A stretch of 62,685 nucleotides of DNA, taken from the IMG/VR virus record IMGVR_UViG_3300032242_000480, positions 1-62,685 of that record. One strand, 5' to 3'. The notes under the pieces were generated by a model. It saw only the letters and a program-made list of their open reading frames with translations, did not search any database and was not told where the DNA came from. The translations under genes and the position numbers were made by a program. The number at the start of each line of letters is the position of its first letter. Position 1 is the stretch's first letter. The DNA is from a virus. Its lineage: Duplodnaviria > Caudoviricetes. Below, piece by piece: positions 17,491-27,519 of the stretch.

Positions 17491-19197
17491 TTATTTGACT
17501 ATTCTAAATCCAGCAAACTCCTGTCCATCCTGTCCTGCGCCGCCATAAACACTTTGTGCTGTAGCCTTGTGCTGATTGATTTTGGCTTGAATCTGCGAAT
17601 TGATTTGAGCCACTGCACGGGCGTCATTTGTCTTTTGGGCGTTGATCAACTGCATGTTCAAAAGTTTCAAGCTGGTGTCTTCTGAAATGGCTTTTTCCAC
17701 CGCAGCACCAATTTTGGCTTGAGCGCCCAACTCAGATTTGTCATAGCCTGTTGCCATGCGAGTTGCCATGCTCATGACATCTGTGTTGGACTTGTTTTTG
17801 TTTTCGGGGTCTGCACGGAGCAGGTTGTAGATACCCATAGCGCCACCCTGCTGTGCGGCTTTGGCTCTTTCGATCGCCAACTTTTGAAGTTCAAGCTCAC
17901 GGGTTTGCGCAAGATGAGCGGCTTGGTAGCCCGACTGGTTGATGAGTCCGGTACGCTGCAAAGCCTCTTCGCCGCCAGCGCGTTTGGCTGTGAGGTCAAG
18001 CTGAGTGGCTTTAAACACATCATCACCAGCGCGTTGACCAGCCGTTTGAGCGGTTTGGTAGTTGCCCTTCTTGGCTGCAACCTTCTGTTGTTCAAAATTG
18101 TCGCGGGCGTCTTCCAGTTTCTCTTTGGCGGCACGGCTTGCGGCTTCACCTTGGATTAAAGACTGAATGCCCTGACGGCCTTCGTTGCCCAGAGCGCCAG
18201 CAAGAGTTCGTTCTTTGCTACCTGCGATACCAAAACCAAGGCTCATCAGGTTCATGGCTCGGGTCATGGCCAAGTCTTTTTCCTGAGAGGCTTTGCGGGC
18301 CTGCAACAGTTCTTCCCGTGTCTCAAAACCGGGTTTGTCAAAAGCCTCAAGTTCAGCCTGAGAAGCCTTGATGGCTTTCTCTGTGGCTTCCTTTTGCTTT
18401 TTGTCCATACCGCTAACGATGGACGCATAGTCAATTGCCTCTGGGGGCTTTTCAGGAGTCCAAGGTTGGTTTGGTTTAGCCGCAAAAGCGGTAAGTCCGG
18501 GTATCTTGTTGCCACCCATAGGCGCACCAGCGCCGGGTGCTGCAACTTGCGGCATCACACCGGGAGGGGTTTGGATTGTGGCTGGCGCAGGGTTTACAAC
18601 ATTTGCAGATTTGGTTGCAGCAGGAGGCTGTTGGGCCATTTGCCTTTTGAGCATTTCTTGCTCCAGCGCCAACTTGCGTTTCCACTCTGGCTCTTCTGGT
18701 TTAAACACCATGCGCTCCAGAAGCGATCGGCCAACATAGGGAGACTGGGTTCCGGCGGCGGACATGATTTCACTGCCACCCATCGAGTCAGGCATATCCA
18801 TGCTGACAGGCTGATCCATGTTGTTTGCAAAAGCCACAATGCCACCGCCAGCATAGGACTCGGGAAGGTTGGATGGCAGGGTTTCCACACCTTGGTCTTC
18901 TTGGGCCGCTTGTTGCATCACCTGTTGGGCCAGAGGCTCACTTCCCTGCGCAGGAGGCATACCAGCGCCAGCAGCTTGTTGGGCTGCATGGGCTTTGGCT
19001 GCGTTCAGCTTCTGGGTCAGTTCCTGAACCAGTGGAATGCCGACATAAGGCTTGATCGAGCCGCTTTGAATCTCAGCCACCAGACGCTGCTGGAGGGATT
19101 GAAGTTCTTGCGGGTTGTTCATCCGTTGTGCCATAGCTGCCATCGAGGCAGCGCGGCGAGACATCTCATCTTGGAGGCTATTGAGGCTCATGACCAA
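17491..19197 (-). CDS. Internal virion/DNA-ejection protein
   Basis: Helical, Ala/Gln-rich, 568 aa; position beside the giant protein; YAGGG motif. Confidence 0.6.
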   Translation of the reverse strand: MVMSLNSLQDEMSRRAASMAAMAQRMNNPQELQSLQQRLVAEIQSGSIKPYVGIPLVQELTQKLNAAKAHAAQQAAGAGMPPAQGSEPLAQQVMQQAAQEDQGVETLPSNLPESYAGGGIVAFANNMDQPVSMDMPDSMGGSEIMSAAGTQSPYVGRSLLERMVFKPEEPEWKRKLALEQEMLKRQMAQQPPAATKSANVVNPAPATIQTPPGVMPQVAAPGAGAPMGGNKIPGLTAFAAKPNQPWTPEKPPEAIDYASIVSGMDKKQKEATEKAIKASQAELEAFDKPGFETREELLQARKASQEKDLAMTRAMNLMSLGFGIAGSKERTLAGALGNEGRQGIQSLIQGEAASRAAKEKLEDARDNFEQQKVAAKKGNYQTAQTAGQRAGDDVFKATQLDLTAKRAGGEEALQRTGLINQSGYQAAHLAQTRELELQKLAIERAKAAQQGGAMGIYNLLRADPENKNKSNTDVMSMATRMATGYDKSELGAQAKIGAAVEKAISEDTSLKLLNMQLINAQKTNDARAVAQINSQIQAKINQHKATAQSVYGGAGQDGQEFAGFRIVK

Positions 19198-19200
19198 TCC

Positions 19201-20775
19201 TTATGATTTACCCATTGCGTTTGCCAGACCAACGCCAGCAATACCCATACCAGTGATTTGGTTTGCCAGTGTTGGTTGGGCAGAATACTGGGTTGTAGTT
19301 TGACCGGGCACAGCATAACCACGCAACAAAGCATTGAAGTTGTTGAGGTTGGTAAGCGGCTGCTGCTGCGCTTGCGCGTAGTTGTTGATTGCGTTGTTGA
19401 TGATGTTCTGCTGCTGGGCTTGCTGCTGACCACCAATGGTGTTCTGTAAACCAAGGATGCCCATCTGGGTTTGGTTTTGCTGTGTGCCCAAGGAGCCAAG
19501 GGTATTGGCCGCTTGGTTTGCCAAACCGTATCCGGCCTGAGCGCCGCTGACACCTTGCAGACCAACTTGAGCGCCCTGCATACCTTGAGCCGTGCCAGCC
19601 AGTTGACGATCCACACCCTGCAATCCCATGCCCGCGCCTTGGATGCCGGTTTGGTAGGCTTGGTTGGCTGCGTTTACACCAGACAAAGCGCCTTGTTGGC
19701 CTTGCAGCGCAGCACCAATGCCGGACAAGCCAAGCTGACCGCCCTGCAAAGCAGTTCCCAAACCAGACTGCGCACCGGACAAACCTTGAAGGCCAAGGGT
19801 GTTGCCATACTGCATGTTCTGCATGGCTTGGGCGTAAGCATTCTGCAAGCCTGTGGCTTGGTTCATGTTCATGGTGGACTGCAAAGCGCGGTTGGCTTCT
19901 GCATCCTCAATCGCCTGACGGGCACCACCAAAAGCACCAGCCCGAGCGGCGGCAGAACCGCGAGACTGCGCGGCAATGTCAGCTTGACGCTGTGCGGCTT
20001 GGTTTTGAAGGTCGGTCACACTCTGCAAGTACGGGTTCATGTACTGCTGAATGGCGGCGGCGTTGGTCGCTTGGTTGGCGTAGTTCTGCCCAGCCGCAGC
20101 TTGTTGAGCGGCGTAGTTCTGGGATTGGTTGGTGATCTGATTACCGGTATTTTGGGCGTTCAATCCCATCATGCCGATCTGAGAAGACAGGTCACCGTAG
20201 CCCTGAGCGTTACCAGCCAAATTAGCGGCTTGTTGTCCGTAGCCAGCACCCATGTTGCCGTAGTACTGACCGCCTTGTATGCCAAGCTGTTGGCCTTGCT
20301 GGCCGGATTGGAAACCCGCATTGCCGTAGCCAAGAGCTTGTTGGGCAGACTGCATGCCGCCCATACCCGCAGCATTTGCCAAATCGGTTCCCTGTTGAAA
20401 CTGACCGGGCATCTGCAAGTTCGCAGCGTTGTTCTGAACTTGCTGTTGCAAAGGACTGAAGCCAGCCACATAGTCAGCAGGGTTGGTGCTGTACGGGGTG
20501 TACGGCTTTGTCCCGGTGATGTCTTGCGCATAAGCCTGATTGCCATTGGCATCCAAAACAGGAGTGCCATCAGCATTCTTGAGTGCTGCACCTTTCTGCG
20601 TAGTGAACAACTGCTGCGTGGCCCCGCCAAGCAATTGTTCAACCTGCGGGCGAAGCCAATCAGGAATGTTGGATTGCGTAACGGTTGAGTTTGTTGGGCC
20701 ACCGCCGCCACCACCAAGGTGATATTCACGGCGACCGTCACGGCTGTAACCGTTAAATTTGTTTGGGATGATCAT
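19201..20775 (-). CDS. Gly/Gln/Ala-rich DNA transfer (pilot-like) protein
   Basis: GGGGG-PT..TVTQSNIPDW, YMNPY, AGAFGGARQ; low-complexity helical repeats. Confidence 0.65.
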   Translation of the reverse strand: MIIPNKFNGYSRDGRREYHLGGGGGGPTNSTVTQSNIPDWLRPQVEQLLGGATQQLFTTQKGAALKNADGTPVLDANGNQAYAQDITGTKPYTPYSTNPADYVAGFSPLQQQVQNNAANLQMPGQFQQGTDLANAAGMGGMQSAQQALGYGNAGFQSGQQGQQLGIQGGQYYGNMGAGYGQQAANLAGNAQGYGDLSSQIGMMGLNAQNTGNQITNQSQNYAAQQAAAGQNYANQATNAAAIQQYMNPYLQSVTDLQNQAAQRQADIAAQSRGSAAARAGAFGGARQAIEDAEANRALQSTMNMNQATGLQNAYAQAMQNMQYGNTLGLQGLSGAQSGLGTALQGGQLGLSGIGAALQGQQGALSGVNAANQAYQTGIQGAGMGLQGVDRQLAGTAQGMQGAQVGLQGVSGAQAGYGLANQAANTLGSLGTQQNQTQMGILGLQNTIGGQQQAQQQNIINNAINNYAQAQQQPLTNLNNFNALLRGYAVPGQTTTQYSAQPTLANQITGMGIAGVGLANAMGKS

Positions 20776-21203
20776 AAAAGTACCTCAACCAATGTGTTGC
20801 GTGGCTCAAAGTTGTATCGCTTCCAAAGGCGAACGATGGCATCACGGCCATACCCTTGAATTTTTGTTGCGCCACGGTTTTTCATCAAATTCTTCAACTG
20901 CTCAAATGTGTCTTCACTGGAAATCAGCTTGCCACCGATTGCAGTTACAAACGCCACACGGTGAAGCGGGTAGTTGATAAACGACACAGTGGCCGCACCG
21001 TGGATCACGTTTTCATCATCTACAGCAACCAGAAGCAGCCATTGACCAGATGTGACAAAGCCCTGAATGTGATCGACTGTGTAGCCAGCCGCCCACTCAG
21101 GGAAGTCTCCACCCTTTTTCATCGCCTCATCAATGTACGGCTTGACCAAAGGCCAAGTCTGTTGGATGTAATTCACATCAACGGGGCGAATGGTCAGGTT
21201 CAT
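20772..21203 (-). CDS. GNAT-fold protein of the ejection module
   Basis: AFVTAIGG ... GATKIQGYGR..IVRLWKRYNF pattern; syntenic with T7 gp13-like genes. Confidence 0.55.
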   Translation of the reverse strand: MNLTIRPVDVNYIQQTWPLVKPYIDEAMKKGGDFPEWAAGYTVDHIQGFVTSGQWLLLVAVDDENVIHGAATVSFINYPLHRVAFVTAIGGKLISSEDTFEQLKNLMKNRGATKIQGYGRDAIVRLWKRYNFEPRNTLVEVLL

Positions 21204-22249
21204 TTTTTACCAACCAAATTTGCAATCCCGCCTTTGGCGTAGTTGCGGACAACAGGCGTACCACGCATACCAGCCGATCGACTGTAAATTGGTTGCTGCG
21301 GGCCTGAGCTACGAGCAGCTTGATTTTGAAGTTGGTTCCAGTCACCTTGCGACTGCTGCCCAATCATGTTGTTGGCGGCATTGCGAATGATCTGGTCGTT
21401 AAACCCTTGACCCCGCGCTTGGTTGTAGAAGTTAGCCTTGTCCTGCATGGTTCCATTTTGCAAGCCGGGTGTCATGCCCATAGCCGCACCTTGCAACCAT
21501 CCCCATGCTTGGGGAGACTGCTGACCAAAAAGACCGCCCGCTTGGTTGTAAATCTGTTGATCAGTAAATCTGTTCTGAATTGCATTGCGGTACATGTTGG
21601 CTTTATCCGCCATGCTGCCTTGGCTCAAGTTCTGATCCATGTTCAAGAACGAGTTTGAGTAAGGGCTGTATGGATTGTTTGACCCATATTGCCCATAGCC
21701 ACCACCCTGCATCTGACCGCCAAACATTGAAAACGGTGTTTGCATTTGAGGGATGCCGCCAGATGGTTGCTGACCATACTGGCTCACATTCATGTTGTTG
21801 CCAGTGTTGTAGTTCTGGTACTGTGGCTGGTACACAGGTTGGTAGAACTGCGCCGATCCGGGCATGGGCCGATTGCCGGGAGCCTGTTGACCTGCATACT
21901 GCACCAGTTGATTCCAGTCGGAATCTGATTGGTTGCCAAACACCGTATTGGCAGACGAGCGAATCTGTTGGTCATTAAAACCTTGACCAAGCAGCGTGTT
22001 GTAGATGTTGCCTTTTTGCTGTGCCGTCACATTTGGGCCTTGAGCCTGCATCAATGTGTTGTAGCCAGCCTGCGTGTTTACACCCAAACCAGTCCAAGGT
22101 GTGGCTGAATTTGGGTTGTATGCAGGAGTTGTTGTGGCCGTGGTCGTAGTCACCGGAGCCGACACTACGGGCGCAGCATAACTGTCCCCTTCATTCGGGT
22201 AAACCCTGATACCAGCTTGGTAGCCACTGTATTTGATTGGAATAATCAT
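21200..22249 (-). CDS. Gln/Asn-rich virion protein with three internal repeats
   Basis: K.N.Y......GF.DQ.IR..A....G.QS...W..L occurs three times. Confidence 0.65.
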   Translation of the reverse strand: MIIPIKYSGYQAGIRVYPNEGDSYAAPVVSAPVTTTTATTTPAYNPNSATPWTGLGVNTQAGYNTLMQAQGPNVTAQQKGNIYNTLLGQGFNDQQIRSSANTVFGNQSDSDWNQLVQYAGQQAPGNRPMPGSAQFYQPVYQPQYQNYNTGNNMNVSQYGQQPSGGIPQMQTPFSMFGGQMQGGGYGQYGSNNPYSPYSNSFLNMDQNLSQGSMADKANMYRNAIQNRFTDQQIYNQAGGLFGQQSPQAWGWLQGAAMGMTPGLQNGTMQDKANFYNQARGQGFNDQIIRNAANNMIGQQSQGDWNQLQNQAARSSGPQQPIYSRSAGMRGTPVVRNYAKGGIANLVGKK

Positions 22250-22258
22250 GGCTGCTCC

Positions 22259-23353
22259 TTATGCGGGCATGTACTTGGCAGGTTTGATCTGCTTGCCTTG
22301 GGCAACCTTGCCTGTACGGGCCTGACGAACTTTGTTCATCATGGCGTACAACTGTTTGGCTCCTGCATCTGTGGAGCCGTTACCCAAATGGGAGACTACA
22401 TCTGCGGGCACAACAAATTCACCGTCAGCCAAACGGGCTGGGCGTTGACCACCAATTGTTGCTGGGATGTTGTCGGACATGCCATCACCGGGGCCGCGCA
22501 ACATCTGACCGCCGTCAGAATAGCTGCCCAGATTGGCAATGCCGCCATGAGCCATATTGGCTGTGGGGTACGCATCTTCACCGACTTGGCGATCGTAGCC
22601 GCCAGAAGCCAAAGTTGTGATGCCGCCTTCCGCATACATGGACGGACGGTAGTTGCTTGGGTCGTAGTGGAACCGCTTCAGGACGCCGTTGTATTCTGGG
22701 ACACCGGGCATTGGGCGGCGACCGCCAGTCGCACCAGCCAGCGCCGCAGCACCCATCTTGAACTTGTTGTCCATGATGTATTTGCTGGGGTCTTGAATCG
22801 CTTGTTGAAACGATGTTGGGCCAACAGCGCCCGGAGCGGCAACTTGCGCTGGAGGCAATGCAGAGATGCCCGGAGTCGCAGATGCGCCAGCTTGCAAACC
22901 AGACTGCGCCAGTTCGGGTGCAGCATTTGACAATGTGGTAGCTGCCGAGGGTGCGGTGAGCATGGAGCTTCCAAAGTTTCCCGCGCTTATTGAAGCTGGC
23001 GATCCAGCGCCAAGACTGCCAAGGTTGGCCCCTGCCGTCTGACCAAGCGTTGTGCCCGCCGTGCTGGCTGTCAAAGGAGTTTGTGCAGCCACATTGGCTG
23101 CTTGAGCCACTTCTGGTGTCAATGCTGCGGTTGTTCCGGGCATTGCACCACTCAAAGCGCCGCCAATCCCACTCATGGCCCCGCCCGTCAGGCCACCCAT
23201 CAAAGCACCCTTCAGGGGGTCACCGCCAGTGATAGCAGCAGAACCGCCACCCATCGCAGCACCGAGAAGCGCAGCTTCACCAATACCTCCATCGATGTAG
23301 TATTTGCGAATACCATCGCGGGAATAGCCATTGAATTTGTTTGGGATCAGCAT
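22259..23353 (-). CDS. Virion/ejection protein with Gly-zipper N-terminus and GPG..SD.IPA..L.DGEFV domain
   Basis: The C-terminal domain resembles the segment seen in many phage tape-measure/ejection proteins. Confidence 0.7.
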   Translation of the reverse strand: MLIPNKFNGYSRDGIRKYYIDGGIGEAALLGAAMGGGSAAITGGDPLKGALMGGLTGGAMSGIGGALSGAMPGTTAALTPEVAQAANVAAQTPLTASTAGTTLGQTAGANLGSLGAGSPASISAGNFGSSMLTAPSAATTLSNAAPELAQSGLQAGASATPGISALPPAQVAAPGAVGPTSFQQAIQDPSKYIMDNKFKMGAAALAGATGGRRPMPGVPEYNGVLKRFHYDPSNYRPSMYAEGGITTLASGGYDRQVGEDAYPTANMAHGGIANLGSYSDGGQMLRGPGDGMSDNIPATIGGQRPARLADGEFVVPADVVSHLGNGSTDAGAKQLYAMMNKVRQARTGKVAQGKQIKPAKYMPA

Positions 23354-23414
23354 TTAAACGCTCCTGTACCTTGGTTCATTTTATATGGTAGAGCCATAAA
23401 AGCCAAATGGGCTT

Positions 23415-23762
23415 TTATCCGACTTTCCAGTTTGTTCCGTCTGAGTAGACGGGCACATTTACAGTTCCGCCACCAACAACATTTGACCCAAACACAGGGG
23501 TCAAGGCGTTGGTCACAAAAGACCTTGCTCCTGCGCCAGCCGTAGCTGCGCTGGGTAGGGTGGCAACGGTGTAGTTGGTGAGGGCGGGTACATCATCTGC
23601 GGCTTTGAGACGAGCAATGAAATCGTCCAGCCGGTTGAAGTACAAACGGAGGACGCTGTTCAACTGATCGGCATACTTGGCGTCCCAAACCCTTGGAGCC
23701 AGCGGCAGGCTTGGGGCTGCAATTTTGTCGATCGCATAGTCTGTGGTGACAATTTTGCTCAT
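23415..23762 (-). CDS. Hypothetical virion protein
   Basis: ATGA overlap; YTVATLP, PVYSDGTNW. Confidence 0.7.
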   Translation of the reverse strand: MSKIVTTDYAIDKIAAPSLPLAPRVWDAKYADQLNSVLRLYFNRLDDFIARLKAADDVPALTNYTVATLPSAATAGAGARSFVTNALTPVFGSNVVGGGTVNVPVYSDGTNWKVG

Positions 23763-25873
23763 CGACGGCCATCCTGCCTGATGTCAATTCGAGGAGCGCC
23801 AAGCTGCCAAGTGGTGCCAATTTGGTTTGACTCAATCTTGAAGATCAACTGACGGCCACGCACCCGTGTGTAAACCTGACCGGTAAACTGTTCGGTGTTG
23901 TTGATGGTGTATGCCTGTTTAAACTTTACCGTGTCAGCATCAGATTTACCAATCCCGGAGCCTGAGTTTTGCAGGGGGTACAAAGTCATGGTGACCTGCG
24001 GAGGTAAACCATCTGGCGAAGTGCTGGAATCTTCAAAGGTCAAATCAGGCAAGACGCGCCAGACAAAACCAAATTGGTGCCCATCTCCAATGTCAAATTC
24101 AGAAGAGGAAATGTAGGCATTGATTGCCCGGATGTTTCCTGTCTCCTGATCATCAACACCATTTTCGTGGTTGACCAGCCTGTTGTTGTACGTGGCGGCA
24201 ATCGGGAACGCCAACAAGCCGGAATCCAGCCAAGCTGTTCGAGCCATAGTGCCGTAATACCAGTTGTCTTCCAAGTAGTTGTACACAACGTACTTGTCGA
24301 TGGTCGATGAATTTGCCGAGCAGTAGAACCACCAGACTTCATTGAAGCCCTCATTGGTGCTCGAGTACACCTGTTGGTTCTGAATTTGGTTGATGTCTTG
24401 GAACACGTAGCGGCGCAGGTCGCAATTGAGAGTCTGCACACGGCCATCGTATTTGTAGAATTTGTCCACACCCATCCAGTACACAATGCCTGACGCGAGA
24501 CTGACTGCGTTCGGCCCCATGACGGAGATGTTGTCACCCAGCAATTGACTGCCCCACACATACGGTGGGCCAAGGTATTGGAGGGAATACACAGCCTGAT
24601 CGGTCAGGACAACAATTTCCTGCCGGGTTTGGATGGCGGTGATGATCTGCGAGCCATGAGACAGTCTGACGCTACCCGCTTGGTTGGTTGCTTGCGGAGT
24701 CCATGTGTACGGGTCTTCCTGCGCAGACCAGCGAATCAGCATGGGGTCGAGATAGTCAGCGCCGTAATCGTTCGTGCCAAACACAAGAATGAACCGGGAT
24801 GTGTCTGAAACGATGATGTAGTTCTGGAACAGTGGTGTGTCCGCATCTCCTGCGTCAGCAAGGTCAACGCCCCGCTGGGAGATGTATTGAATGCCGGACT
24901 GTGTTCCAGAAGTATTGATCGCTGCACCGCCGATCGTGGTGGACAAGTTAAATGTGCCGCCCGTCGAATTTTTGGCAAAGTACACCTGACCGACCGTCAA
25001 ACCGGTTGGCAACGCCCCAGTTGATGCCAATGTGAAAGCCGTACCTTCAGGAATTGAAAACCCAGTTGGCAGTGTGACAACCCCCGGCGATGCAATGGAG
25101 ATGGTGATCTGGATTTGGCTGTAGCCAACGCTGGCGTTCCAGTAATACAAGCCACCACCACGGGGGCCGTAGACCAAATCTTCACCGTAGTTGTAAGCGT
25201 TCCAAAGCTGCAAAGCGGAGCCAGTGGACTGAGCGTAACCCCATGTTCCAGAACCCCAGCCGCCAGCGCCCCAACCAAGCAACGGGACTTGATAAGAGGG
25301 GCCGGTGTTGACTTGGTACTGGGCAACGGCGCTTCCGCCGCCGGGAGAACCGGAAACATCAGCAGCGGTGGCTGTTGCCGAGGCTGTGAAGGTGTACTGG
25401 TTGGCGTTGACAACAGTGACTTCAAATTCACCCTTCAGGACAGCAGCCGTGATGTTTCCACCCAAACCAGTGATGCCAGACCCGCTGTACGTTACGAAGT
25501 CGCCTGTCACGCAGCCATGACCAGTTTCATTGACTGTGATGATCTTGGAGCCAAGCGTGGCAGAAAACTTGTTGGTCAGCGTAACCGTCTTGCGGATTGG
25601 CGTGATGTCAAAAAACGCACCGCCTTGGCAGATGTAGTATTTCAAGTTGGTGCCAACACCAATCAAGTTTAAACCTGCCAGCGTCACCCAGTTCCAAAGG
25701 GAGCGGCAAACACCCAAAAAGGTGTTTACAGAAAACTGAGTCCAGCCGCCGATCTTCTCAGGGTTGCCTTGGCGGAAGCGAATTTTGTCGCACTCGTACC
25801 AGCCGCCCTCGGTGGTGTATCGGGTATTTTCCCGGTTTACACCGGGCTTGAGCAGGATTTTTTGTAATGGCAT
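23759..25873 (-). CDS. Tail nozzle/stabilisation protein (P22 gp10-like beta-propeller)
   Basis: Beta-rich; IRWS, YWMG..FY.YDG, NEVWWFY motifs; podovirus context. Confidence 0.65.
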   Translation of the reverse strand: MPLQKILLKPGVNRENTRYTTEGGWYECDKIRFRQGNPEKIGGWTQFSVNTFLGVCRSLWNWVTLAGLNLIGVGTNLKYYICQGGAFFDITPIRKTVTLTNKFSATLGSKIITVNETGHGCVTGDFVTYSGSGITGLGGNITAAVLKGEFEVTVVNANQYTFTASATATAADVSGSPGGGSAVAQYQVNTGPSYQVPLLGWGAGGWGSGTWGYAQSTGSALQLWNAYNYGEDLVYGPRGGGLYYWNASVGYSQIQITISIASPGVVTLPTGFSIPEGTAFTLASTGALPTGLTVGQVYFAKNSTGGTFNLSTTIGGAAINTSGTQSGIQYISQRGVDLADAGDADTPLFQNYIIVSDTSRFILVFGTNDYGADYLDPMLIRWSAQEDPYTWTPQATNQAGSVRLSHGSQIITAIQTRQEIVVLTDQAVYSLQYLGPPYVWGSQLLGDNISVMGPNAVSLASGIVYWMGVDKFYKYDGRVQTLNCDLRRYVFQDINQIQNQQVYSSTNEGFNEVWWFYCSANSSTIDKYVVYNYLEDNWYYGTMARTAWLDSGLLAFPIAATYNNRLVNHENGVDDQETGNIRAINAYISSSEFDIGDGHQFGFVWRVLPDLTFEDSSTSPDGLPPQVTMTLYPLQNSGSGIGKSDADTVKFKQAYTINNTEQFTGQVYTRVRGRQLIFKIESNQIGTTWQLGAPRIDIRQDGRR

Positions 25874-25882
25874 CGTTTACCT

Positions 25883-26482
25883 TCAGGTGGTAAGAGCCGC
25901 CAACGCTTTGTTTATACGGTTGATGCGGTCATCAAGTCCGATTGTCCCACCATTGATCCGCTTCGTCATCCCCACGTAATTCCGTGTATCTGCGAACTGA
26001 TTGAGCTTTTGGGTGTCCCAGAAGAACCCTGCTGTCAGGGCTGCGTACTGCGGGGTAGAAACCAGATCGGGGTTCATGATGAAATCCACGCCCAGCGCCT
26101 TACCAGCGTGGTAATAATTGGCCGATCCGGTGGTCTGGATGCAGCCACGACCACGGAAGCGGTAGCCGTCCCCAGAAGCCTCATCCCGGTTACCCATGCG
26201 GTTGGCATACACACAGTTGGCAATCTTTTGCGGGTTCTTGGCGTATTGGTTGGCAATTTCCAGCGTGGGAAATCGTTTGGGCCAAATCTTCATCAGGCCA
26301 GCGGCGCTGTAATACAAGCCCTCTTGCAAAATTGAGAAGTTGGCGCATTCATGGCCGCACTGCCCAATGAAGCAAGCCTGACGTATAGGCGTGTCAATGT
26401 TGAAACGCTGGAAGGTTTCGTTCAGCGGGTCAACCCACTGGGAACTGATGCCCAGCTTTGCAAGTTTTTCAGCGTTGACCAT
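25883..26482 (-). CDS. Glycoside hydrolase family 19 endolysin
   Basis: FIGQCGHEC, YANRMGN, GDGYRFRGRG.IQ.TG..NY, TKRINGG..GL.DR. Confidence 0.93.
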   Translation of the reverse strand: MVNAEKLAKLGISSQWVDPLNETFQRFNIDTPIRQACFIGQCGHECANFSILQEGLYYSAAGLMKIWPKRFPTLEIANQYAKNPQKIANCVYANRMGNRDEASGDGYRFRGRGCIQTTGSANYYHAGKALGVDFIMNPDLVSTPQYAALTAGFFWDTQKLNQFADTRNYVGMTKRINGGTIGLDDRINRINKALAALTT

Positions 26483-26570
26483 TTACTTCGCTCCTATAAT
26501 GGCGCAACGGCCCAGTGCTACCAACACTGAGCCGCCACTTCTCAAACCATTGCTTTAAAGGAGCAACAGC

Positions 26571-27065
26571 ATGAGCGACATTGATTTTACATTTCTGAAG
26601 GAACATCTTCAGTACGACCAAAAAACTGGCGAATTTGAATGGGTAAAGTCCCCCGCCAGAGCTATCAAAGCAAACACCAAAGCAGGTCGATTGAGGCCCG
26701 ACGGATACGTCAGCATTCAAATTAAAGGCCGACTGTATTTTGCGCACAGGATTGCTTGGCTGATTGTGTACGGAGAATGGCCAAAAGACCAAATTGACCA
26801 CATCAATCGAAATCGTTCCGACAACAGATTTGAAAATTTGCGCTGCGTTTCCAGAAGTCAAAACGGGCAAAACAGAAAACCAAACATTGGAAGTGCAAGC
26901 GGTCATCCGGGTGTTACTTGGAGCAATACGTTCAAACGTTGGCGTGCGCACATTACAAAAGACAAGAAACCAACCTATCTTGGGTCGTTTAAAACCTTGG
27001 ATGAGGCAATTTCCGCCAGAAAAAAAGCGGAAAAAATTATGTTTAGTCACGCCCCACTCCGTTGA
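26571..27065 (+). mobile_element. Free-standing HNH-AP2 homing endonuclease, antisense within the lysis cassette
   Basis: AHRIAW, IDHINRNRSDNRFENLR, GVTW...WRAHI...YLG.F; AT-richer than its flanks. Confidence 0.9.
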
Positions 27066-27519
27066 TCTGTTCTCGAACGGCGTTGTACGCATCCACACAT
27101 GCGTTTAATTGGTTGATGGCGCGGTCGCCGTCTGCGACGATGGCTGCAATAGCTTCCAAAGTCGCTGTGTCAGATTCGCCTCTTGCTTCTGGGCTATCTG
27201 CGGAGGCAGGGGTGGCACTTGGGCTGGCTTGAACACAACTGGGGGCGGGGAGGCGCACCCGGCCAGCACGAATAGCGCGTTGCAAAGCAGAAGATTCTTT
27301 TTCAAGGGCATCATTGGCCTCCATCAGTTTGGCGTTGTGTTCGTTGATCTTCCCGGTCATGACATGCTCAATTTCCCGAGCTTCAGCATCTTTCTTGGCA
27401 ATCTCAAGCTGCATCTCAGCATCCCGCTCTGCCCATCCGTAGTGGTGACCAGTGAAATAAGAAGCAACGGCCAGCACAAAAACGCCAATTGCAACGTAGG
27501 GCATTGGGATTCCAAACAT
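27043..27519 (-). CDS. Rz-like inner-membrane spanin
   Basis: N-terminal TM and coiled coil; D.AI.QLNAC; contains a nested lipoprotein ORF. Confidence 0.85.
   Translation of the reverse strand: MFGIPMPYVAIGVFVLAVASYFTGHHYGWAERDAEMQLEIAKKDAEAREIEHVMTGKINEHNAKLMEANDALEKESSALQRAIRAGRVRLPAPSCVQASPSATPASADSPEARGESDTATLEAIAAIVADGDRAINQLNACVDAYNAVREQINGVGRD
27105..27314 (-). CDS. Rz1-like outer-membrane spanin, fully embedded in Rz
   Basis: Lipobox VLAG|C with a Pro-rich mature region, in an alternative frame inside Rz. Confidence 0.8.
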   Translation of the reverse strand: MMPLKKNLLLCNALFVLAGCASPPPVVFKPAQVPPLPPQIAQKQEANLTQRLWKLLQPSSQTATAPSTN

